From Phycisphaeraceae bacterium (GTDB taxonomy: Bacteria; Planctomycetota; Phycisphaerae; Phycisphaerales; Zrk34): a stretch of DNA of 14,482 nucleotides. The stretch is taken from contig JBBDRF010000091.1 in assembly GCA_040905565.1 (NCBI GenBank), positions 1 through 14,482 on the forward strand. Direction: 5' to 3'. The translations under genes were made by a program, and so were the position numbers. Position 1 is the first letter of the stretch. The number at the start of each line of letters is the position of its first letter. Positions 1-6,731 of this stretch are shown here, in pieces. Below the pieces are notes generated by a model. It was not told where the DNA came from. It did no database searches and saw only the letters and a program-made list of their open reading frames with translations.

Positions 1-45
1 ATCGCCATGTCGCCCCAACAAATTTGCGTGCCCCCACGGTAACCG

Positions 46-51
46 TATGAT
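46..51 (+). promoter_or_regulatory. Putative -10 element TATGAT, 7 nt before ATG 59 (leaderless-type)
   Basis: TATGAT-cgcctcg-ATG; no Shine-Dalgarno present. Confidence 0.6.
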
Positions 52-58
52 CGCCTCG

Positions 59-868
59 ATGAGCGACCCCCCCACCAAGCCCCCCACCCCCCCAACCAAC
101 TCCGCCCCTCCCGGCGCGCCCTCCGAGGCCCCCGCCTGGAGCGAGCAGAACCTGAGCGATCCGCACGCCACAGCCGACAAAGCCCAACGCGTGCAGAAGA
201 TGTTCTCCGCCATCGCCAAAAGCTACGATCTCAACAACCGTCTGCACAGCATGTGGCGGGACCAGGCCTGGCGACGCAAAGCTGTCCGCCTCTGCGACAT
301 TCAGCCGACCGATGTCGTCCTCGATGTCGCCTGCGGCACCGGCGACCTCTCCCTCGCCTTCGCCGATGCCAAACCCGCTCGCGTGCTCGGCGTCGATTTC
401 ACCCACGCCATGCTCCAGGTGGCCGGCGAAAAGCACCGCCAGGCACCACCGCCCGTCCCCGTCAGTTTCGCCGACGGTGACGCCATGCGCCTGCCCCTCG
501 CCGACAACAGCGTCGACGTCGTCTCCATCGCCTTCGGCATCCGCAACGTCGCCGACCACGCCGCCGCCATTCAGGAGTTTCGCCGCGTGCTCAAACCGGG
601 CGGCCGGCTGTGCATCCTCGAATTCTCATTGCCCAGCAATCCGCTGCTGCGTGGGATGTATAACTTCTACTTCCGCCACGTCATGCCCCGCACCGCCACC
701 CTCATCAGCGGCGACCGCAGCGGCGCCTACCGCTACCTGCCCCAATCGGTGAACACCTTCATCAACCGCGATACCCTCGTCGCCAGCATGCAGCAGGCCG
801 GCTTCACCGCCGTCGCCCAACATCCCATGACCTTCGGCATCGCCGTCGCCTACCTCGGCCGCGCCTGA
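59..868 (+). CDS. ubiE: UbiE/MenG-family class I SAM-dependent methyltransferase (demethylmenaquinone/ubiquinone C-methyltransferase)
   Basis: Motifs VQKMFSAIAKSYDLNN, VLDVACGTGD (SAM binding), IAFGIRNV, LKPGGRLCILEFS and AYRYLPQS. Start placed at ATG 59 because the ATG at 47 lies inside the TATGAT -10-like hexamer (46-51). Confidence 0.93.
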   Translation: MSDPPTKPPTPPTNSAPPGAPSEAPAWSEQNLSDPHATADKAQRVQKMFSAIAKSYDLNNRLHSMWRDQAWRRKAVRLCDIQPTDVVLDVACGTGDLSLAFADAKPARVLGVDFTHAMLQVAGEKHRQAPPPVPVSFADGDAMRLPLADNSVDVVSIAFGIRNVADHAAAIQEFRRVLKPGGRLCILEFSLPSNPLLRGMYNFYFRHVMPRTATLISGDRSGAYRYLPQSVNTFINRDTLVASMQQAGFTAVAQHPMTFGIAVAYLGRA

Positions 869-911
869 CGCCAACAAGCGGAATTCAGCGGTGGCCCGGC
901 CAAGGGACGCT

Positions 912-960
912 CATCGCAAATAACCAATCGCCAATAACCAATAATCAATAACCGATCCCC
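912..960. repeat. Imperfect heptamer tandem repeat (consensus AATAACC), about 5-7 units
   Basis: catcgca aataacc aatcgcc aataacc aataatc aataacc gatcccc, between ubiE and the GH43 gene. Confidence 0.8.
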
Positions 961-1028
961 CCCCCACCCGCCCCGCGAGTACCATGGCCTGCGCGATTGT
1001 CCGCACAAATTCGACCTCGGAGCCCATC

Positions 1029-2672
1029 ATGCTCAAGATCAAACCGACGCTCCGCCTGCTCACCGCAGCGCTGTTGCTGAACCTCCTCATCCCAGCCATC
1101 GCGACCGCCGACAACGGCACCTTCACCAATCCCATCATGGAAGGTGCCGACCCGTGGGTCTTCGAGCATGAAGGCACCTACTACCTCGTCCAATCCGAAG
1201 GACAGGTCGGCGTCTCCCTTCGCCGAAGCGATGACCTCACCCGCTGGGGCGACCGCCACGTCATCTGGCAGGCCCCCGAAGACACCATGTACAGCCGCGA
1301 AGTCTGGGCTCCCAAGCTCTACCACCTCGATGGCCGCTGGTACATCTACACCGCTGCGTCCGACGGCCAGAACAAAAACCACCGCATGTACGTCTTCCAA
1401 TCCGAAGGCGACGACCCCCTCGGCCCCTACACCAACAAAGGCGCCCTCTACACCGGCAACCACATCGAAACCGGCGAACACAACCGCTGGGCGATCGACG
1501 GCATCGTCATGCACCACCAAGGCCAACGCTACTTCGTCTGGTCCGGCTGGCCCGCCGACGGCGACGTCCAGTACCTCTACATCGCCGAGATGACCAACCC
1601 CTGGACCATCAGCACCAACCGCGTCAAGCTCGCCGACAATGCCGACTACGACTGGGAGCGCGTCAACAATTCCCCCGACGAGCGAGGCCTCCACGAGGGC
1701 CCTCAGGTGCTCAAGCGCGACGGCCGACTCATGCTCGTCTACTCCTGCAGCGCCTCCTGGCTCCCCACCTATAAACTCGGCCTGCTCACGCTCCAACCAG
1801 ACGGCGACCCGATGAACCCCGACCACTGGCACAAGCACCCCGAGCCCGTCTTCGCCCCCACCGACGAGACGTTCGGCGTCGGCCACAACAGCTTCACCAC
1901 CTCGCCCGACGGCACCGAAGACTGGATCGTCTACCACGCCAAAGTCGACCGCAACCCCGGCTGGCGCCGCGCCATCTACGCCCAACCCTTCAACTGGACC
2001 GACGATGGCCTGCCCGACCTCGGCCAACCCGTCGCCGCAGGCGAACCGGTGCCTCTCCCCTCGGGCCAAGCTGCGCGTGATGTGGAGCCGGCGTTCGAGA
2101 CTAACTTCGAAACTTCACCACTGGAAAACACCTGGAGCTTCTACGGCCACCACCGCGCCATGGATGTCCGCGACGACGGCCTGCACCTCGGCGTCAACAC
2201 CTTCCAGGATCCCGCCTACATGCACCGCACCGGCGAAAAGGTTGTGCGTCACAACTTCCACGCAGCCGACCTCCACGTCCAAACCCGCCTGCGCTTCGTC
2301 GACGGCAACCGCGACGCCGGCATCCTCTTCCGCATCCAACGCCCCGCCATGGGCTATGACGCACAGCAAGGCTACTTCGCCGGCCTCGTCCCCGAATCGC
2401 AAATGCTGATCCTCGGCAAAACCGACGGCGAAAACTGGCAGGAACTGGCGCGCACGGAAGTGACCATCAACACCGACGAATGGCACGAACTCGCCGTGAC
2501 CGCAGAGGGCGAAACGATCGTCGTCCATCACAACGGCGAAGCGAAACTCGAACATCAGGACGCCACCTGGACCCAAGGCTCAGTCGGCCTCCGCGTCGTC
2601 GATACCCACGCCGTCTTCGAAGCCGTCGAAGCCACCACCCTCGTTCCAGCCAGCCACGAGCCGCGACCGTAA
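1029..2672 (+). CDS. Secreted GH43 glycoside hydrolase (alpha-L-arabinofuranosidase-like) with a C-terminal beta-sandwich (DUF1080/LamG-like) domain
   Basis: Signal peptide MLKIKPTLRLL...AIATA; GH43 motifs NPIMEGADPWV, VWAP, WAIDG, HEGPQ, YSCSASW and GVGHNSFTTSPDGTEDWIVYH; C-terminal DAGILFR...WHELAV...GSVGLR. GGAG at 1019-1022 supports ATG 1029 over 984. Confidence 0.9.
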   Translation: MLKIKPTLRLLTAALLLNLLIPAIATADNGTFTNPIMEGADPWVFEHEGTYYLVQSEGQVGVSLRRSDDLTRWGDRHVIWQAPEDTMYSREVWAPKLYHLDGRWYIYTAASDGQNKNHRMYVFQSEGDDPLGPYTNKGALYTGNHIETGEHNRWAIDGIVMHHQGQRYFVWSGWPADGDVQYLYIAEMTNPWTISTNRVKLADNADYDWERVNNSPDERGLHEGPQVLKRDGRLMLVYSCSASWLPTYKLGLLTLQPDGDPMNPDHWHKHPEPVFAPTDETFGVGHNSFTTSPDGTEDWIVYHAKVDRNPGWRRAIYAQPFNWTDDGLPDLGQPVAAGEPVPLPSGQAARDVEPAFETNFETSPLENTWSFYGHHRAMDVRDDGLHLGVNTFQDPAYMHRTGEKVVRHNFHAADLHVQTRLRFVDGNRDAGILFRIQRPAMGYDAQQGYFAGLVPESQMLILGKTDGENWQELARTEVTINTDEWHELAVTAEGETIVVHHNGEAKLEHQDATWTQGSVGLRVVDTHAVFEAVEATTLVPASHEPRP

Positions 2673-2681
2673 GGGAGCGGT
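2656..2681 (+). repeat. REP-like repeat, family A, copy 1
   Basis: ACGAGCCGCGACCGTAAGGGAGCGGT matches the reverse complement of 12582-12607 at 25/26 positions; it overlaps the GH43 stop codon. Confidence 0.85.
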
Positions 2682-2780
2682 CGGCTCAACGTCGAGTCTA
2701 CACCGGAAGGTAAAATCGCCCACCGCGTCTGTCACTCCTTCCCCGATACAACCCCGCGTTTCCTTTCCGCCCGTCCCCGC

Positions 2781-2786
2781 TAGAAT
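2781..2786 (+). promoter_or_regulatory. Putative -10 element TAGAAT, 6 nt before ATG 2793
   Basis: TAGAAT-gagcac-ATG; no clear Shine-Dalgarno. Confidence 0.6.
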
Positions 2787-2792
2787 GAGCAC

Positions 2793-3416
2793 ATGATCCG
2801 TTCCATTACCATGCTGCTGCTGTTTGCGTTACTCACTTCGTCGCTGGTCGGCTGCATGCGAGGCCCGCGAAACTTTGAGAACGAAAACGACCGTCTCCGC
2901 CGCGTCAACCTCGAACTCCGCGACACCGTGGCAGAGCTTCAGCAGCGCACCACCAGCCTGGAGCGGGCTCTGGAGATCGAGCGCAATCGCCCCGACGCAG
3001 CCAACCTGCCGGAAGGCGTGCAGCCGCCGATGGTCACCGGCATTCAGCTCGGCCGTTTCTCCGGAGGCATCGACACCGACGGCGACGGCACGGACGATGC
3101 GGTTCGCCTCTATCTGAATACCCTTGATGCCCGCAATCGTTTTCTGCCCGCGGTGGGGACAGCCCAGGTCACCGTCGCCGCCGTGCCGCCCGGTGAGGAA
3201 GCCGTCACCGTCGCGACCGCCGAGTTTGATGCCGACGAATTTGAGCAGGCGTACCGTTCCGGGATCGCCGGCACGCACTACACGCTGGTCGTCCCCGTCA
3301 CACAGTCAGTACCCGAGAATGTCGAACGCGTCACCGTCCGCGTCCGCTTCAACGACCTGCTCACCGGCGCCCAGCACGAAACCGAAACCACCGTCCGCTG
3401 GTCCCACAACAACTAA
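2793..3416 (+). CDS. Hypothetical lipoprotein: coiled coil followed by a beta-rich domain with a DxDGDG loop
   Basis: Hydrophobic signal ending in lipobox LVGC; heptad-like ENDRLRRVNLELRDTVAELQQRTTSLERAL; DTDGDGTDD motif. Confidence 0.8.
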   Translation: MIRSITMLLLFALLTSSLVGCMRGPRNFENENDRLRRVNLELRDTVAELQQRTTSLERALEIERNRPDAANLPEGVQPPMVTGIQLGRFSGGIDTDGDGTDDAVRLYLNTLDARNRFLPAVGTAQVTVAAVPPGEEAVTVATAEFDADEFEQAYRSGIAGTHYTLVVPVTQSVPENVERVTVRVRFNDLLTGAQHETETTVRWSHNN

Positions 3417-3477
3417 CCCCCCCCACCCCCCCCATCTTTTTCCCAACTGTTGCTGTGACGCGCGCCGCCCCCCGAAG

Positions 3478-3500
3478 CCCACGGCGTACCGCGCCGTGGG
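3478..3500. other. Perfect 9-bp hairpin between convergent genes (REP-like or terminator-like)
   Basis: CCCACGGCG-taccg-CGCCGTGGG; no U-tract on either side. Confidence 0.55.
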
Positions 3501-3509
3501 TCCCACCAA

Positions 3510-4457
3510 TCACGGCGATTCGCGCCCCCCAACCGCCTCCGCAATCACCTGTAACAAAGTCCCCCGCGGCGCCTGCCCGATCTCCCAGATCATGATCCCC
3601 CCCAGCCCCCGCTCGGCCGCCGCTTCCACCTTCCGCCGAAGCGTCGCCGCGTTATCAAAGTAGAACCCCGCCACGCGCGTCGCCTTTGCATCCGGCTGAT
3701 GCTCCGCCAGCAACTGCGTGTACGTCATCGTCTGCCGAGTCTCCACGTGCCGACCATAAAACGGCACCCCCAGCGCGAGCCGATCCGCCGGGACAACCTC
3801 CGCATCAAGCCACTGCTGAACCACCGCCATCACCGCATCGAACGCCGCATGCTCGCCCGGCAGGTCGTAGGTCATCAGGTGGACCCGGTCGATCGCCGCC
3901 CACGTCGCCGCATCGAACGCAGTCGGCGGATGCACCAGCGCCACACTCACCTCAAGCCCGTGCGGCTCGAACCCAGCATCGACCTCCCGAAGCAGCAGTG
4001 CATACCGCTGCCACTGCGACGCATCGCTCGGCCATTCCCAGTCAAAATCCACCCCTCCAAATCCATGCTCACGGCAGAACGCCACCAACTCCGACACGAA
4101 CCGACGACGCGCGGCAGCATCGGCCGTCACTGCTGCGAATGCCTTCGAACGATCCCAACCGCCGACCGCAATATGCAGTCGAACATCATGCTCAGCCGCC
4201 CGCTCCCGCAGCGTCGGCAAATCGTCTTCACGCACATGCGTCAGATCGATGCCCCCCGCCTCCGTCGGCATCAACGAAAAGTAGATCACGTCCGTGAGCA
4301 GGTGAAACTCGACGTCGTCGATGCTGCGATAGTGCGGCAGATAACCGATCACACGCATCGGCTCACCGCCGGCCTCGCCCCCCTCCGAAGGCTCCGCAGC
4401 CCCCGCGGAACCGAGCGCGAGCGCGATGAAGATGAAGGCCGCCAACCGTTTTCGCAT
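3510..4457 (-). CDS. Secreted GH18 (chitinase-like) glycoside hydrolase
   Basis: Signal peptide MRKRLAAFIFIALALGSAGA; motifs VIGYLP, IAVGGW, catalytic GVDFDWE (DxDxE), HLMTYD, LGVPFYG and GGIMIWE. The upstream ATG at 4490 falls inside a terminator hairpin. Confidence 0.9.
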   Translation of the reverse strand: MRKRLAAFIFIALALGSAGAAEPSEGGEAGGEPMRVIGYLPHYRSIDDVEFHLLTDVIYFSLMPTEAGGIDLTHVREDDLPTLRERAAEHDVRLHIAVGGWDRSKAFAAVTADAAARRRFVSELVAFCREHGFGGVDFDWEWPSDASQWQRYALLLREVDAGFEPHGLEVSVALVHPPTAFDAATWAAIDRVHLMTYDLPGEHAAFDAVMAVVQQWLDAEVVPADRLALGVPFYGRHVETRQTMTYTQLLAEHQPDAKATRVAGFYFDNAATLRRKVEAAAERGLGGIMIWEIGQAPRGTLLQVIAEAVGGRESP

Positions 4458-4472
4458 CGTGATACACCCATC

Positions 4473-4508
4473 AAAAAGCCCGCGACGCATGCGTGCGCCG
4501 CGGGCTTT
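4473..4508 (-). terminator. Intrinsic terminator downstream of the YHS-repeat gene
   Basis: Minus strand AAAGCCCGCGGCGCA-CGCA-TGCGTCGCGGGCTTTTT: long GC stem with one G-U pair and a U-run, about 20 nt after the stop at 4528. Confidence 0.8.
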
Positions 4509-4527
4509 AATTACGTTGCGTTACCGT

Positions 4528-5109
4528 TTATTTTTTGCGGTTATCAACCTTAACCTTGCTGATGTGCTCAGCGGGGTTCTCGTCGAAGTTGCCCTTGCAG
4601 TTGTTGCAGCAGAAGGCGACGACGCGACCCTGGTACAGGCTCACAGCCTCGGGGTTGATCGCGCGGTCGGACATCGGGCACTTGGTGTTCACCGGGGTGT
4701 ACTCGACCTTGGCGATGTGCTCGGCAGGGTCCGCTTCGAAGTTGCCCTTGCAGTCACCGCAGCAGAAGCCGACCGTGCGGCCCTTATACGTGACAGTCTG
4801 CTCGGGGTTGAGGGCGCGGCCGCTCATCGGGCACTTGGTGTTCACGGTGAGGCGAACGACCTTGCTGATGTGCTCGGAGGGGTTCTCGTCGAAGTTGCCC
4901 TTACAGTTGTTGCAGCAGAAGCCGACGACTTCGTCGCCGTGCTTACTGGTGGCGTCGGGATTCACGGCTCGGCCGGACATCGGACACACCACGTTCACGG
5001 GCAGCTGCTTCGCGCCTTCGGCAGTCTCCAGCTCATCAATGGCATAGGTGAGGCCGGTGCCAGCCAGGAGTGCTACGGTCATCAGAAGCGTCATCGCAAA
5101 CTTGTTCAT
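4528..5109 (-). CDS. Secreted protein with three tandem YHS/TRASH-like Cys-rich domains (putative metal binding)
   Basis: Signal peptide, then three units of VNxxCPMSx..(~19 aa)..FCCxxCKGNFxxxPxEHI; Shine-Dalgarno-like AAAGGGA upstream. Confidence 0.85.
   Translation of the reverse strand: MNKFAMTLLMTVALLAGTGLTYAIDELETAEGAKQLPVNVVCPMSGRAVNPDATSKHGDEVVGFCCNNCKGNFDENPSEHISKVVRLTVNTKCPMSGRALNPEQTVTYKGRTVGFCCGDCKGNFEADPAEHIAKVEYTPVNTKCPMSDRAINPEAVSLYQGRVVAFCCNNCKGNFDENPAEHISKVKVDNRKK
4543..5001 (-). repeat. Intragenic tandem repeat, 3 x 153 bp (51 aa)
   Basis: Units start at aa 37, 88 and 139; DNA blocks such as cgaagttgcccttg/acagt and catcgggcacttggtgttcac recur at 153-bp spacing. Confidence 0.9.
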
Positions 5110-5154
5110 TCATCTTCCCTTTCGTCGTTCAAGACTCTTTTAACACGATGCTCG

Positions 5155-5160
5155 ATTATA
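5155..5160 (-). promoter_or_regulatory. Consensus -10 element TATAAT for the YHS-repeat gene
   Basis: Perfect TATAAT on the minus strand, 45 nt upstream of ATG 5109; no clear -35. Confidence 0.6.
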
Positions 5161-5253
5161 ACCTGCTTCCAACGCCTGCGCCCATCATTGTCCTTGTTTT
5201 TTTAAACCGGCACCGCACGCGGACGCTCGGGCGGCGGCGTCACGGCGTTGGGC

Positions 5254-5259
5254 TATACT
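5254..5259 (+). promoter_or_regulatory. Putative -10 element TATACT, 7 nt before GTG 5267
   Basis: TATACT-ggccgct-GTG; no Shine-Dalgarno. Confidence 0.6.
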
Positions 5260-5266
5260 GGCCGCT

Positions 5267-6589
5267 GTGGATGATTTGACTGCCATTGTGGAGGCGGCCT
5301 GGCCCGTGTGGCTGGTGCTGTGGGCCGGCTGGGTGACGCAGGCGGTGCTGGCGGCACTGCTGGTGCGTAAGTTCCTGCATCGCCGTGTGATGCAGGGAAG
5401 CTTCCGCGTGTTCGATGCCCATCGTCCGCGCGCGTGGGTGATGGTGCCGTTCAAGGGGGCCGACGACGATCTGCCCGCTGCGATCGACGCGTTGCTGACG
5501 CAGGACCACGACGATTATCGCCTGATCTGCATTGTCGAAAGCGAGGACGACCCCGCCTACCCGATCCTTCAGCGTGAACTGGCGCGTCACAGCGAGGCAC
5601 AAACTGCCGGGTCCGCGCCGGACAGGGTGGGGGGCGTGGTGGTTGCGGGGCGGTCGCCTGATGACCGGGGGCAGAAGGTGCACAATCTGCTCAAGGCCAT
5701 CGAGCACGTCGACGCTGACTCCGACGATTCCGATGTCTGGGTCTTCGCCGACAGCGATGCTGTGCCCGGTCCCCAATGGCTCGGCAAGATGATCGGCCCG
5801 CTCGGCACGGAAGGCGTCGGCGTGGCGACCGGCTACCGCTGGCTGATTCCCGAGGCGGGGGCGAACATCTGGTCGCACCTGGCGAGTGTGATCAACTCGT
5901 CCGTCGCCTGCTTCATGGGCCGCGACAAAATGAACCATGCCTGGGGCGGCTCGATGGCGATGCAGGTCTCCACGGCACGCGAAGGCGATCTCAAGGGCTG
6001 GCTCGCTGGGGCGATCTCCGACGATTACCAAGTCTCGCGGATGTGCCGCCACCTCGGCCTGAGCATCCACTTTGTGCCCGAGTGCCTCGTCGCCTCGCCG
6101 ATCGATCTCACCCGGCACGACTTCTTCAATTTCACGCATCGTCAACATCTGATCACGCGCATCTACGCCCCGTGGCTTTTCGTCGGCGGCATCGGCGTGA
6201 CGGGCTTCTACCTGTTCAGCTTCGTCACGGCCTGGGCGATGCTGGGCCATTACCTCTACCACGATTTCGACGGCGGCGCCTGGCTGATCCCGCTCGCTGC
6301 GATGCTGAGTGTTTTCACCGCGAACCTCTTCCGGGCGCACTACCGCAAGCAGGTCATCCGCTGTGCGTTCGGCACCCGAATCGTCCAACGCATGCGACGC
6401 ACGCTTGCTATCGACCGCTGCCTCACCCCCGTCTGCCTCGGCCTGCACCTGCTGCTGCTGCTGCGGGCGGCCCTCGGCAGACGCATCGCCTGGCGCGGCA
6501 TCGAATACCAGATCAACGCCCCGCAGGATGTCCGCCGGTTGCCGCCTTGGCGAGCGGGAAGCGTGAGCGACCGTCCTACAGAACAATGA
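5267..6589 (+). CDS. Membrane GT2/GT21-type glycosyltransferase (ceramide glucosyltransferase/HpnI-like)
   Basis: N-terminal TM helix; VPFKGAD, KVHNL, FADSDA (DxD), ATGYRW, AWGGSMA, ISDDY, FTHRQ; C-terminal TM helices and IAWRGIEY. Confidence 0.85.
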   Translation: MDDLTAIVEAAWPVWLVLWAGWVTQAVLAALLVRKFLHRRVMQGSFRVFDAHRPRAWVMVPFKGADDDLPAAIDALLTQDHDDYRLICIVESEDDPAYPILQRELARHSEAQTAGSAPDRVGGVVVAGRSPDDRGQKVHNLLKAIEHVDADSDDSDVWVFADSDAVPGPQWLGKMIGPLGTEGVGVATGYRWLIPEAGANIWSHLASVINSSVACFMGRDKMNHAWGGSMAMQVSTAREGDLKGWLAGAISDDYQVSRMCRHLGLSIHFVPECLVASPIDLTRHDFFNFTHRQHLITRIYAPWLFVGGIGVTGFYLFSFVTAWAMLGHYLYHDFDGGAWLIPLAAMLSVFTANLFRAHYRKQVIRCAFGTRIVQRMRRTLAIDRCLTPVCLGLHLLLLLRAALGRRIAWRGIEYQINAPQDVRRLPPWRAGSVSDRPTEQ

Positions 6590-6720
6590 AATGCAGCGCA
6601 GCGTCATGCATGCTTCAAGCGCGGTGGCACGGAGGCAGATTAAGAGGCTCGGCGATCAATATGTGAAGCTTGCAGCGGTCCGAGGCGCGCGACGGACGGT
6701 CGCTTACGCTTCCCGCTCGC
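6550..6720. mobile_element. REPIN/MITE-like non-autonomous element, copy 1 (171 bp, 27-bp terminal inverted repeats, family B)
   Basis: 6550-6576 and 6694-6720 are inverted repeats at 26/27; the interior is homologous to the reverse complement of 12389-12554. Mobility is inferred. Confidence 0.75.
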
Positions 6721-6731
6721 AAGACGCGCTT

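Noticed and set aside
1029..6589. GH43, GH18 and glycosyltransferase as a polysaccharide locus
   Set aside because: Different orientations, separate promoters, unrelated substrates, and no transporter or regulator.
6550..6720. Repeats of about 27 bp as a possible CRISPR array or attC cassette sites
   Set aside because: Copies are inverted or dispersed, not direct with regular spacers; no cas or integrase genes, and no attC core sites recognised.
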